Origin: Nymphaea colorata
Lineage: Eukaryota
Length of the DNA: 64,000 nucleotides
NCBI RefSeq assembly: GCF_008831285.2
Contig: NC_045138.2
Span: forward strand, 28,582,001 to 28,646,000
Direction of reading: 5' to 3'
A program made the position numbers and the translations under genes. A model generated the notes under the pieces. That model saw nothing but the letters and a program-made list of their open reading frames with translations, did no database searches and had not been told where the DNA came from. Below are positions 1-12,888 of the stretch, piece by piece (the first letter of the stretch is position 1; every line of letters begins with the position of its first letter).

Positions 1-1147
1 GATTGAAATTGATAAGAACGAAGACAAAAGAGGCCTCCCTATACGAACAAAATGGAAAAAAATGAATAACCTTTTTTAGCAAAAGATAAACCACCCTTGA
101 CAGAACAAACGATTGTCTGCTCCCAATCAGTAGCCGAGCCACATGGTGCCTGGTGTCATAGGTTATATATTTGATTTTATATATATATATATATCCTTAA
201 AAACATTAATGTAATTAAATTGGTGCTCAGCTAGAGGAACAACATATCCACTTTGCAGCAGAGAAGTTCAGGGCCCAGACTTAATCATATATTAAAACCC
301 TTGAATGAAGGGTTCCTGTGCGCAAGGTACTTAACCATTGAGAGGGGCCAAAAGGCCCCCTTCACCCTCAAATAGGCCAGAAGAACACATGCCATGGGGC
401 CTTCGAATGTTCGGGTGATCTAGGTGACAAGACATCCTGAAAAAGATGAAAAGGGTGCCTCTGAATATTGTTTTCCCATCTTCTCCCGTTCGAGGCAATG
501 TTGTGCGTTGCGACGGGGTCGAACAAAGGGAATCATCGATCATCATCCCCGTGATCCTTTTCTCCATGCATGTATTAATTGTTTGTCCCCATGCATCACC
601 CCGTGTGGGGATGGAAGTTCTAGCACATGAACTAGACAGGCACACCAACCATGGCCTAGAAGAACGCGTCATTGCCCATATATGTTCCTTGTCTCTGTGT
701 TCTGCTGTTGGGTTTCTCTTTCTCGATAAGCTTGTTACTGTGCACATCTTTTCTCTTGTTCCCTTCTAAAATAGCAGCTTAATTGGTGTTGGGGATGCAG
801 AGAAAGTACACGTTTACCATGATCTACTCCATCATTCCTTGGTATAAAGTTACTCTAAATTTCTCGTTTCTATGCATAGATTGCCAGAAATCCAGCAAGA
901 CTAGCAGAGGGAGATAGAGAAAGAAAGAAAGGGAGGGAGCAAATTAAGGTAAAAGCAGGAATACCAACTTGCAATTGCATCAGAAATATTAACCAAAATC
1001 AGCATCTGATGTACATCTTTCTTCTCTCAAGAAGCAATAAGACAGTGGAAACAAACGCAGTAGTCAGTCAGGTTGCTTCATCTTTACATCCAGAATAAAG
1101 CAAACCAGGAGATGTCCCAAAATGAAAGTGAAGGAAGAGTCTGCGTG

Positions 1148-2331
1148 TCAGACGAGAACGTGATCACGAGCGACCTGCTTCATTTCAGCCTTTGCTTCTG
1201 AGCTGACGCTTGGAGGAACTGTGCATGACGACACCAAATCACCATAATTAATCATTATCCTAATAAATAGTTAACTGTTTGCCTTTTAGTTTCATAAGAA
1301 AGTAAATGAAACTTTGTTGCCACTTATCAAAAATTTAATTAGTTAGAAGATAGATAGTTCTAAATCCTCAATATGCACATTGCATATTACTGCAGTAGAT
1401 AAGCTGTGTTGCAAAATCGGCCTCAAGTCACCAACTCGAATTGAATCGACGCAAATACTGGAGCGCCACGTATCATTCCGTGTCCTTTTTTTCTAAAAAT
1501 GTTTCAAGTTTTTTCTTATTTTTAGAGCTTTTTTATGTATTTTCATTAATTAATTTAAAAAAAATAAAGATACTTTTTACCGATTCATCGCCAATTGAGC
1601 TGAATCAGCCAAGAAAAAGATGAATTTATGTACTATTGTTTCACGAATTTTAGTGTATCATCCCAGATTTCTCAAGAAAGAATCAGAAGCAAAAGATCAA
1701 TGAACAGAAAAATCAAGAAGGAGACGGATATTTTACCCACCAAGCAGCCCGGACAAGTCGGAGCTCTTCAATACCCGCAGCCTCTTCACCGACTTCACAA
1801 ACATTCTGCACCATGTAGAAATAAAAATAACTCTTTTTTTTTTAATTCGTTAAAAACTGTTATATATATATATAATTTGAATGGTGATTTTGCATAGCTA
1901 AAGTTAACAAACTTACACATAAAGAGTTTTCGGATAATTGAGGAAAATACAGAAAAATTTATTTTTTCATACTGTTGATAGAAAAATAAAGAAAAAATTA
2001 CTTTTTATTTTTTTTCCTATCATGATGGATTGGACAACTCACATTTGATATCTCTTGTTGTCTATTAATTAAGAGTCATTGGACTATATATATATAGAAA
2101 AGATAGTATGATCATCATGATAAATGGTTAAAAAAATTAAAATTAAAACATTTATTATGATGAATGGTTGAGAAAAAACAAAAAGAAAATAACCCTTGTA
2201 TGGAAAGACAAATTCTCCTATTTTTTCTCTCATCCGTTGCAATGACCGGATGACTCTTATGAACAAAAAAAAAATATGGATTTTCTGTCGACCGATGTTC
2301 AATAGGACAGGGGTCATACAAGTCATTATTC

Positions 2332-2426
<95 letters not shown>

Positions 2427-4488
2427 AAGATAAATAAACACAATGGTGAAAGTTGTCATGCTTTGTGGAATTGGTTATTTGTTTGTGCGGGGGTTTGTGG
2501 CAGTGAATGGTCAATTTTACCTACAGACACAAGTCGGGCTGTTGGCTCTTTCTTTTCCTTGACTTGTTGCGGCGTCCGCCAGTAACCACTAAGGCGAATG
2601 ATAAAAGCGAAAAGTTGAAAGCATCTTTTTCTTCTTCCATCGGATAAAATAAAGGATTTCAAAAACTGACCAATTTCTCCTTCTCCGACCATCATGGTCG
2701 ACAGCAGGAACAGAATTGTCCGCGTCAAGAATTTTAGGAAAGAGGTCAGTTTCTTTTGTCTTCTCTCTCTCTCTTCCCTTTCTGTGAGTGTGTTGAGAGA
2801 TGTGGTGGTGGTTGCGGGGTTACTCACACAGTCAGAACGACAAAAGACCGTCACAAATTTGGCGGTGTTCAGTAACAGAAACGTGCTGCTCGTTCCAAGC
2901 TAGCAGACAAGAAGATGATGCCCTGCTTCTCAGCACCAACAACGGATGAGGTGCCAATTTCAGATAAATATCGAACCAGGCCAACTGTAACGACAGTGCC
3001 AATCTATTCTCAATCTAATATAACTAGTCTAGTTAGAATTCAGGAAATAGGATTGTTATAATTAGCTAGTTAATTACTTTTTATTATCGGTTCTGCATCT
3101 AAATTATTTTCAAGGAGCGGAAGGCAGGAAAAGAAATGAAACTGTGATCGTTCATTTGAAGGTATCAGTTAAGAGAAGCAGCAGAAGGTAGAAAACAGCT
3201 GAAATTGTTGTCAATTTCTGTGTATGTTAATAAGATATCTGCTGTGATTTCTCCTGCGATCACCGTTATTAATGGTAAAACAAGAAATAGCAAGACAGAA
3301 GAAGGAAGACGAACCCCCATGGTACATCACCGGCCAACATCCTGTCCCCTTCATCATCTTCATAAACCAGCGTGTAGTCTCCACTACCATCTAGCAGTCC
3401 TGTGATAGGCTTCTTTTCTCCACTACCATCCTTAGCTGCACTCATGGTATCTCTTTGAGCTGAGGGAAAACGGAAAACCGAAGAGGACCACATTTTAGAG
3501 GAAAAATTGTTTAGAACTTCAGGAAAACCATGGAATCAGTAGTTTCTTTGGAGGAAGAAAACAATTACCAGCGAGAAGAGCGCGGAACAATTCATCAACA
3601 GCAACGGAGAGTTTCTTGTAACTGTCATATGCACCAAGGTCAATTTTCCTTCCAATGGGAACTCCATCCATATTTATCTTCACAAACAACCCTTTCTTAC
3701 AGCTTTCTGCCTTACTCTCCTTCACAGAAGCCCCATAACTCTCAATTTCCCCCGATGGTTTACTGGAAGAGCTAGCAAAATTCTTCCTGAATGATCTTAA
3801 GGGAGGCCATCCAACAACAACCCTGTTTTATTTATTTATTTATTTATTTTTTCGGAGAACAGAATGAACGCATGTTATCATCATTCCAAAAGTGCAAATC
3901 TTTACTGCGTTTCTAACAAGTTGAACTGATACCAACATTATGACAAGGCTACAACGCCAAAAGGAGAGAATCAGTTTCCGAAATAATAAGCAAAAATTGA
4001 AGCAAATACCTCTGTTCTGACGCAGCCGTATTTGTGTTCTTCAATTCTAGCTGCATTGCAACTGGAGGTGGCTCCTTTGCCATGCTTGGCACAGCGGTCT
4101 TCTGTTCAAAATGAAGAAGGGCGGTCTGTTTGCTGGGCAGCACAGTCAATGAAGGTTGTGTTGAAGAAGACCACGCGACTAAGTTATGGATGCTTCCTTC
4201 CTTAGTTGAGAAACCATCTACAGTGTCTGAAAACATCCTCTTTACACCAACAGAGTTGGTTCTGCTCTTCGAGTGCAGGTTATCACAAGGATTCTCAGGC
4301 AGATGGGTTTGCCTTCCTTCCGGCCAATCTCCTCCAGGAAGGGCTAACCTCAGCTCTGTCTCTCTGGTCTTAGGCCCAAGGTCCTTCTCCTCCAAACCAC
4401 CAACACCTTCATGCTTTCTCCCATCTCTCACCCCAAGCCCCAAGTGAAACAGAGCCCTCCCACTCTTCTCCTCATCTTCTCTCTCCAT
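1148..4488 (-). CDS. IAA26: Aux/IAA auxin-responsive transcriptional repressor (IAA18/26/28-like), 5 exons
   Basis: Exons (minus): 4488-4010, 3822-3569, 3459-3315, 1805-1741, 1218-1148, all GT-AG and in phase. Domain I EAR motif ELRLAL; domain [16 protein letters not shown]; domain [21 protein letters not shown]; domain [50 protein letters not shown] and [15 protein letters not shown] suggest the IAA18/26/28 clade; exact orthology is uncertain. Frame of the last exon depends on donor choice (see findings). Confidence 0.93.
2335..2419. repeat. compound (CT)n(AT)n microsatellite in Aux/IAA intron 3
   Basis: Directly visible dinucleotide runs. Confidence 0.95.
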
Positions 4489-4676
4489 TGTCTCACCAAA
4501 CTCCAGAACTCAGCGGTACCCACATTACAGAAACTCCTCCCAATGACAAAAAAACTCAACAAACTTTAGTTATTTTGAAACAACCGAGCTGAAGATTGAG
4601 AACTTCAATCTTTTAACACAATAAAAATCACTGGGGATGATGAAAAGATCTAGAGAGAAAGGCGTGGATACGTGAG

Positions 4677-4684
4677 CTTTTATA
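4677..4684 (-). promoter_or_regulatory. TATA box of the Aux/IAA gene
   Basis: Minus-strand TATAAAAG about 190 nt upstream of the ATG at 4488, followed by a pyrimidine-rich leader. Confidence 0.55.
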
Positions 4685-5443
4685 CAAGGTCGGATGTCTT
4701 GACCACGGTTAACATTGAGGGAGGGAAGGTGTGCTTAACCATGGTTAAATAGTAAGGGAAATATGAACCTAGCCTATCTACGCTCACGCAGTCACACTTC
4801 TCCTCTTTTTTCCTTTCGTAAGTAAAAGCAAAGGTAACCAACGATCCGATAAAAGAAGGCAATGACTGCCTACCCCTTAGTTTCTTATGTCTTCTCCATG
4901 TAATAGAAAAACCTGAAGTGACTTTTTTTTCTTTTTTCACTTTTCAATGCGAGTAAAAATTCCCAAGCTTCTTCAAACCAAGGTTAGACTGCTAACCTCC
5001 GCGTCAGGTTACCCGACACCCGAAGCTGGACTGGTTGCAGCTCATGATGAACGGCTGGAAGCAGCTGCTTCATGTTCCCGTCCTTGCGATCTTGCCACCT
5101 TTCAGCGGTAGTAGCAATTCAAGCTCGCCCTGTTGGTATCGAGTTTTTTGTATAACAAAATTGAAGACAAGAAGTTCCTTAAATAAGAGAATAGACAACA
5201 AAAACAAAATAGAAAAACAAAATATACAAAACAGCAGTACAATAAAACAAAATAAAAGAGATTGGAAAAGAGTGGATAGACAGAACGACAGAGTCACCCA
5301 ACAACAAACAAAAGACAGTGTCGTAGCTGAATAGCAAAATAGACATCTTCTTGCACAAGACGTGCCACAAAATCCCACAATGTGAGAAAGAGAAAGAAAA
5401 GAAGAATATAGGAAGGAAAATTTAAATGGTTGACTATAATGTA

Positions 5444-5578
5444 TAGATTATAAATTAAGAGAGAGAAAGAAAGAAAGAAGAAGAATATATAAAAGAGAAT
5501 TCAAACATCTTAGATTATAAATTAAGAGAGAGAAAGAAAGAAAGAAGAAGAATATATAAAAGAGAATTCAAACATCTT
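5444..5578. repeat. 67-bp tandem duplication
   Basis: tagattataaattaagagagagaaag...attcaaacatct starts at 5444 and again at 5511; copies appear identical. Confidence 0.9.
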
Positions 5579-5720
5579 GGTTGACTAGTTGAAAGCAACA
5601 TAAGCAGTTAATAAAGCACTATAACCTGTTGTTGCACTGTAAATCATCGGCAATATTCTGATGATAATTGTTTTTTATGATAATTTTTTTATTTTGAACC
5701 ATTTACTAATATTCTGTTCT

Positions 5721-5772
<52 letters not shown>

Positions 5773-6982
5773 ATATATTCAGTAATATTTTTACCAATTC
5801 ACAACTAATTCAGTTGAACTGCTGAATCCACTAATGTGATTCGTGGTTGGGCTTTTTGTAACACTGGTCAGTACTGTGCGTCCTTGAGTAAAGTTAAACA
5901 TATTTGTTTAGCACAAAATCTGAGGTTCCTCAATTTTTCTTCAATCACATCAAGGAAATAAAAGGTGGGAACCTTTTCCAATTGCAAGGGTTTGTATATT
6001 GCGAATATAAAGTGATTATTAATAAAGAAATGAACTAAAGCATTCATGTGGGAGTCGCCGCATAAGGAATATTCTGAAGCTCCTAATTGCAGCCAAACAA
6101 AATGACTTCAGAATGTGCATCGAAATAAGGGGAAAACAAAATGATTAAGGGGCTAACATGGCCCTTTATAATATCAGACAATACAAAAGCAAAATTGTTC
6201 TGTTGCAAGGATAAAACGAAAATTGTATCGTTAAAATTAAATACATGATGTAAAAGACCTTATTTTGTTGCAGGAAACATAATACAATTATGAAAATGTT
6301 TCTAAATCCAATGTTCAAGTACTGGGTTTGGTTACACCATGTTTCCTGAAGTAACAACATGGTCTTCTATGTCATACTATTACAAAGACTCAATGTTCTT
6401 TGTATTATGCAACTCTTGCCCTAGAATGGTTGTCATCATGTGCAAATGAATCGAGGCATCCAAACCAAGCACAACAAGTGGGAAATTGAAAAGTAGTAGA
6501 AGATTTCGGCGAGGGCTAAAAGTTGTTGTGGCCAACGGCAAAGCTAGAAATTTTTTTTTTGGAGAGGCTCATTCACAAAAATTTATATTACAAAGGGCAC
6601 TCATATATATAACAGAGCAAACATTTGAATATGTTAATGTGAAAATAAAGAAACATTGAGAAGCTTTGCTCACAGCGGCCCCTATGCAGTTCCGCGCAGG
6701 GCCTAGCATGGTGGTGGAGCCCTTAAACTGGGTTCATATATATATATATATATATATAAAGATTCATTCATTCCTAGAGTTCAATACCTCATTCAATAAT
6801 TTTTTTTTTTTTATCCAACTCATATGAATCAATAAAAAAGGCAAATCCTTTATGATGCACAAGATCAGGCTCAGTTATTTGATAGAGTGAATAGATATGC
6901 TATTTCTTGAAATCTTTCTTCTAATTCAAAATTGTGGTACAACGTTTATCTCCCTTTGTTTCGACAAGTTTTTGTTCAAGAA

Positions 6983-7115
<133 letters not shown>

Positions 7116-9098
7116 CTGATTCATTAATAAAATAATAGAGAAAAAATGTTTCTACTTTTTGCTCAATTTACTATGGCTGATATAAGTTAATGAACATTAG
7201 CTGATACGGCCTATCGTTCAAGGTTTTCATCCGGGCTGGAGGCTGACATTTGCGACAGTACTGACAACTATAGCCACCCTACTTGCATATATATATATAT
7301 ATTATTAAATTGCAGATAATTAATTATTAGTTTGCAGTGCATTCATGAAAGGCAATTAATGAACCCCCAATAACTACCTGCTAATGCACATTAGTAAATT
7401 GCTTTCAGTAAGTTCAGGCGGTTTCTTCCTTCCGCAGATCATATCCTTCAATATTTAGCTACCAGAGCAAATGAGTGGAGTCCTCACAGCCACTTGTAAG
7501 GTCTCAGCTACGAGGGATATACAATTCAATAAATTGTTTATGCAAAAGATTCTTGCTCATATCTATCCATTCAAAAGCTAAATGATTCTCCCTGTGCTTG
7601 TTAATTTTGACATTTGCAGGTGGAATATACGCAGCCTTTTGAGCTTACTGAAAATGGAAACAGATCATTCAAAGTAGCTTTGGAATTTCTTGGGCAACTT
7701 TCAGCATATGTCTGCCTCTATCTACTGTCTCCTCAGACTTCTAAATGATCTTTAAACGTGCATGGTGGTGCTCTCGACAACATAAGAACAAAAGCAGCAA
7801 CAAATCTTGACATTTTATGAAGCCATCTTCGTATGTCCTTAACAGTTACCAACTTAATGATAATTTGCACTAAGAGGGTCTAAAACTGAAGGAAAAACGT
7901 TGGCCGCTCAATTTATGCAGTAATCCGGGGTCCAAAATTTAATATTTCACTGCCATAATATACAATTCCGATTATTATTATTATTATTATTATTAACCTG
8001 CTTTCTACCAATTATTGCAGGAATGACTAGCTGTTTAATTACTCTCTCTCCCTCCCTCTATCTCTCTAAGTGAATCAACCAAAAAGATCCTTGTAAAAGG
8101 ATTAGCATTATGACTAAAAAAGGAGACGCAAGAGTGCAATGATGAAGAGCATCTGTTGTTCCATCCTTTTTCGATCAAAATATTCACTTGGTTGGCTCTA
8201 TAGTGATATATCTTTGACCTCCTTTCTTTTCGATCTCTTTCCTCGTGCAAAAAAATAAGCAAAATCTGGATTTCTTTCACTTTTTCTTCCTAGTTTTGCT
8301 TGTATAGATGGCGATCAGGCCCAGCTAACTAGCCTCTCTTATTAAACGAGTATTTAGTACATGGTTTCGTGCATGCAGAGTCAGAAATTTTTCATGAAGG
8401 GGATCGAATTATAGTTTCAAAATTTTGGCAGAGCCCAAAATATTGTTTTCCAAAACTTTCATATAAATAAAACAAGTAAACTTCTTAAAAATTTATTAAC
8501 CCCCCCACCTAGGGCGTATCTTCCTCATAATATTACGTTCCTAAGGTGAGGACATTACATTATTTTTCAAATCACATTTTGAAAGAGATTTGGTATCTCT
8601 ACCGTCCCTTTACATGATTCAATATGTGCTTTTTGAAGGGTGGAAGATGCAAGAAGAATTCTTTGGAAATGTAATTGGACAGCAAGAAGAACAAGTTTTG
8701 TTCCAAGCTAGCTCATGTCCACAATGATGTGACATTTGAAGGTCTCCATTCAGCTCACCTTTTGGGTGCTTTGAATTGGTGGAAGGGAGGTGATGAGATC
8801 CACCGCTCATGAGGCCCACCAATTAGGGGGGCAAATGCCTGTGTTTCACAAGAAAAGAAGATACTCCACATTAGTACAAGTGGGATCTCTTTTTGAATTG
8901 GTGGGTTTAGTTTTTTTCTTGGGTGCAAGTGATTTCATGTTGGTACATTGATGATGACACATGAGTGCATCTTTTAGAAACTTCAAAACATTTTTATAGC
9001 TAGTGGGTGTGTGGATCTTAGGTCTTGTTTGATTCGATCCTATGGTTCCCGCAAATCCATGGGCTCAACGTAACCATGCAAACACAGTATAGAAATTA

Positions 9099-9342
9099 GG
9101 TTGTGTTTGATAGTCTCGGACATGAGATCTGAGGCTGATCTAAAATCTCTTTTATATGGGACCTGCCATGTAAATAAACTCCGAAGATTACTAGTATGAG
9201 AAAAAAAGAATTTTACAAATCCTTAGTTTGTGGCCAAAACTTCAGATTTGAGGTCGGACGAGAGAGGGATCTTACTGGATCTGAGATTCCCAATGAGCTC
9301 AGTTCACATCGGGTATCAGATCGAAAGATATCAAACACCCTT
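9099..9342. mobile_element. Tourist/PIF-Harbinger-like MITE
   Basis: Imperfect TIRs GGTTGTGTTTGATA / TATCAAACACCCTT flanked by TTA on both sides (9096-9098, 9343-9345). Confidence 0.6.
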
Positions 9343-10059
9343 TTAAGGATATCAAAGGATCCGATTTTGACTGGAAGTTCCACTGAACTGCTTTAAATAA
9401 GTCGGACATGAAAAAGAAAAACTTGAGATTCAATGAGGTAAGGTCGAATTTATATTTAAGAAATGACATTCGATTTGGATTTAGATTCTAATTGAGTTTT
9501 AAATAAATACCAGATCGATATCAGTGTTAGTATAGCCGGTTAATTCTTTTATACCCAATATCCTTACATTTTAAAAGTCGGTTGTTTTATTGTTTACAAG
9601 ATACTACAATGTGATTTAGATTAGATTGTGAGTTTAAAATTGGATTTGAATTGTAAATTTAAAAGTAGGATTAGCATAAGTATAAACTTTTTCTCATCCA
9701 CATTTGATTTCTGAATTTCAAATATATTAACATCCGGTTAACCGGATACGGTTCAGAATTCGATCAACCAGTTCAAATCTGATGTGGGCACCTCATGTAA
9801 TTTTTGAGTAATTATAGCATAATTTCAAATGTTTGGAAAGACATTTTTTTGTCCCTGCTATAAGTTGGATCATGCAAATAACATCGGGCAATCTAAATTG
9901 TATTTTTTTCTTTCCGAAGGGAGTAAGTGCACTGGCTTGGGCGAGTGACTGGTAGACAGCTGGTCTGTGGTTCAAGTGGGTATGGATGCAACACAACCTT
10001 TGTGCCATTGGAGGGAAAAGTACTGCAGTGGAGTGCAGACTCCACCCGCAGGTACTGAT

Positions 10060-10558
10060 GCAGCACTAGACCAGTAGTGGAACCACTGCCCATTCTTGCC
10101 CAACAAAATCTTATTACAATGTCTCCTGATTACATTGTCATATCTCAAAATTCACATGCAGTTCCTACACCAAACTTGTTGGCGGCAGCACTAGACCAGT
10201 AGTGGAGTTGATGTCCGCCACTGCCCACTCTAGCCCAACAAAATCTCATTACAATGTCCCGAGATCACATTGTCATGTCTCAAAAATTACATGCAGTTCC
10301 CACACCAAACTTGCTGGCGGCAGCACTAGACCAGTAGTGGAGCCGCTGTCCGCCACTGCCCACTCTAGCCCAACAAAGTCTCATTACAATGTTTCGAGAT
10401 CACATTGTCATATCTCAAAAATTACCTGCAGTTCCCACACCAAACTTGTTGGTGGCAGCAATAGACCCGTAGTGGAGGGCGCTGCCCACTCTAGTGCAAT
10501 GTTTCATATCACATTGTCATAACTCAAAAATTATATGCAGTTCCCACACCAAACTTGT
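10060..10558. repeat. tandem repeat, ~125-136-bp unit, ~4 copies (last one internally deleted)
   Basis: Unit cagcactagaccagtagtgga...cacaccaaacttg recurs at about 10061, 10186, 10321, 10457. Confidence 0.92.
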
Positions 10559-10723
10559 TATTATGTTCATGATTAATAGCGTGTTGGAGTCATTTTCTAA
10601 GCAAAATGGGCTTATGTTATTTGAAATTTATTGAATGTGCCACTCTAGCAACCCTTTCATGTCTTTCATTTCAAATTGTAAAGGACTATGTCTCATACGG
10701 GAACATGTCCTAATTGACAAGTT

Positions 10724-10941
10724 GAGCGAGAGGGTTATCCCACCGCCTAGATAAGAGCGAGAGGGTTATCTCACCGCTTAGATAAGAGAGAAGATCACAG
10801 TCTTCTTCTTCTTGCCTCCAGGGTTTAGAGTTGCATGGGTACCAAATGGTGAGATCTATACATGCTTCAACTTGTACATAGGACTCAACGGTACCAAATG
10901 GTGAGATCTATACATGCTTCAACTTGTACATAGGACTCAAC
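10724..10941. repeat. two short tandem duplications (~31 bp and 52 bp)
   Basis: gagcgagagggttatc..accgc.tagataa twice at ~10724-10785; ggtaccaaatggtgagatctatacatgcttcaacttgtacataggactcaac at 10838 and 10890. Confidence 0.88.
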
Positions 10942-12453
10942 CCCCTTTATGGTATAGGAGTATATCCACGGGTTTCGAACTTGAGACATGCCAACGCACC
11001 CAAAATCCACCGGTGTTGGGGAGCTTCATTAAGTAGTCTAGACACAAATGAAATATGCAGAATCAAACACGGACTCCCTCCCCCTGGTTAAAGGCTTAAA
11101 CCCAAGGACTTCTAAGTGATGGAAGAAGGTTGAGAAATCGGTACCTGGGCTGTGTCTCTCTTGGCATTCGAATTAGATTAAACCGATCCAGGTTTGGCTG
11201 GTACTGGATATGAAACCTGAATCCAAATTGTGGATGTCCAAAAATTATTAGGAATCGAGGCAGGGTCCTAAGCTAAGGTACCATTATGAAGTCCTCCAGC
11301 CTGGACGTGCCATCTCTGCATAGTTTGAATTATTGGATCAAACCCAAAAGCTGGCGTCCCTGCACCAGCAGCACATGGTGTTCTCCTTCTTCTTCTTTTC
11401 TTTTTCCTTTTCTCTTTCTGGGGAGGAGTTTAACTTGTTAGGTTCAGATCCAGGACAGAAAAAGCGGGGAATAAATATGAATCATGGAGCTCATATGAAC
11501 AACCGGAAAGTTTGCTTCACCCCTGCTTTAAGCAAGGAAAATGATAGCTCTCACTCTTTGAGACCAGAAGGGCCGGATGGAAGCTTCTTGTGCATGTTTC
11601 TTGTGAGTGTGTCGGGGTCGAACATACTGTTCATGTATTTTTGCATGAGCGAAAGGTTAACAACCCACTGCCTAAAATACATGTACTTTGTATCCACATA
11701 ATTGTATATAAAGACGCTCCAGTTGCCTTGAAGATTGACTAACAATCCTGCCATATGTTGCTCCATGGTTCCCTTTTTTTTTTTTTTATTCAAGGTCAGC
11801 TCCAAACACCAAGCCTTACAAGGACAATGCAAAAAACTCCAGCCAACAATTCAAGCTTAAAACTTCTTCTAGGTTCTTCAACACCATATCTTTCACATTT
11901 GATTAGATGCACCTCATTTAATTTTATTTATATGTTCCCATGCATCCCATAAATATAGGACACTTCAACTTTTTTCCCTTTCTTATATGAACAAGTATCA
12001 AGTAGTCCAATGGACAGCACATGGGATTCCAATAGAATAATTATAGTTCTGATTAACTATATTTAATTACAACACTAATTTTTTAAGAATATGAAACAGG
12101 CCAAAAAAAAAAAAGATTTATAGTGTCTAGGTGTTTGTATCACTTGCTTCGAAGTCGGTATATTGCATACTTATACGTAGGAGATTGAATACTCGAAGGC
12201 ACATCGAATTTGACCACCCTCTCTACATGACCCCTGGTGAACCAGGGGACTCTGTAACAAGGGGTCAACCTCAATGTGTCCTCGAACCAGTAGCAAAGCC
12301 ACATATAAGCTGGTATTGATAGTTACTTAGGCCCCACACCAGCCTCATGCACACTTTTCCTTATTATTTTTTATGTAAGTGTCACTTATCGAAAGGAAGT
12401 TTTTAAAATAGTGTCCTTCAGCCAAAAATTTCTTATTTTCCACTGCTTAGAGC

Positions 12454-12652
12454 CACGGGCAGAGCCAAGATTTTCTTTAAGAACGGGCCGACAGTTCAAC
12501 TTCTGGAACTGAGTAGGGCCAAATTGAATTCAAATCCAAAAAATACATGGCACAATTAAAAAATTATATTTCTTTAATGTAAATTTTTTTTTTTCATTGG
12601 TCAGAGTGAGGGGGCCATGGCATAGGCGGCCCCCTCCCTCCCTCTGCCCCTG
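12454..12652. mobile_element. short hAT-like MITE (CAGGGGCRGAG-type TIR family)
   Basis: Ends CACGGGCAGAG / CTCTGCCCCTG; degenerate 8-bp TSD cttagagc / cttggcgc. Related copies at 39196-39363 and, more decayed, ~6535-6700 and ~8375-8520. Confidence 0.6.
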
Positions 12653-12849
12653 CTTGGCGCATTAACACTGCCCTCCAACCTGCCCATCTCAGCCAGATGG
12701 GTGGTCGAGTGGAATCACTATCAAGATTGACTGCTCAAATCGATGGGATCTCCTTACGAAAACGGACAAGTGGCGGGCCAGGGTTTCAGGTGTCCGCAAT
12801 TGGGTCAGGCCCAGTCAAGCTGGTGCAGTGTCCATCCCTAGTCCCATGT

Positions 12850-12888
<39 letters not shown>

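Noticed and set aside
331..769. Overlapping ORFs of 138, 107 and 68 aa downstream of the IAA gene
   Set aside because: No recognisable domain, no convincing splice structure; consistent with chance ORFs in a moderately GC-rich patch.
2084..2585. ORFs with [18 protein letters not shown] runs (also 6897-7127, 15204-16026, 30187-30408, 41021-41206)
   Set aside because: Translations of microsatellites, not genes.
10060..10558. Repeat array as a CRISPR array or repetitive-peptide gene
   Set aside because: Whole units are repeated with no unique spacers, the DNA is eukaryotic, and the frame is not kept across all copies.
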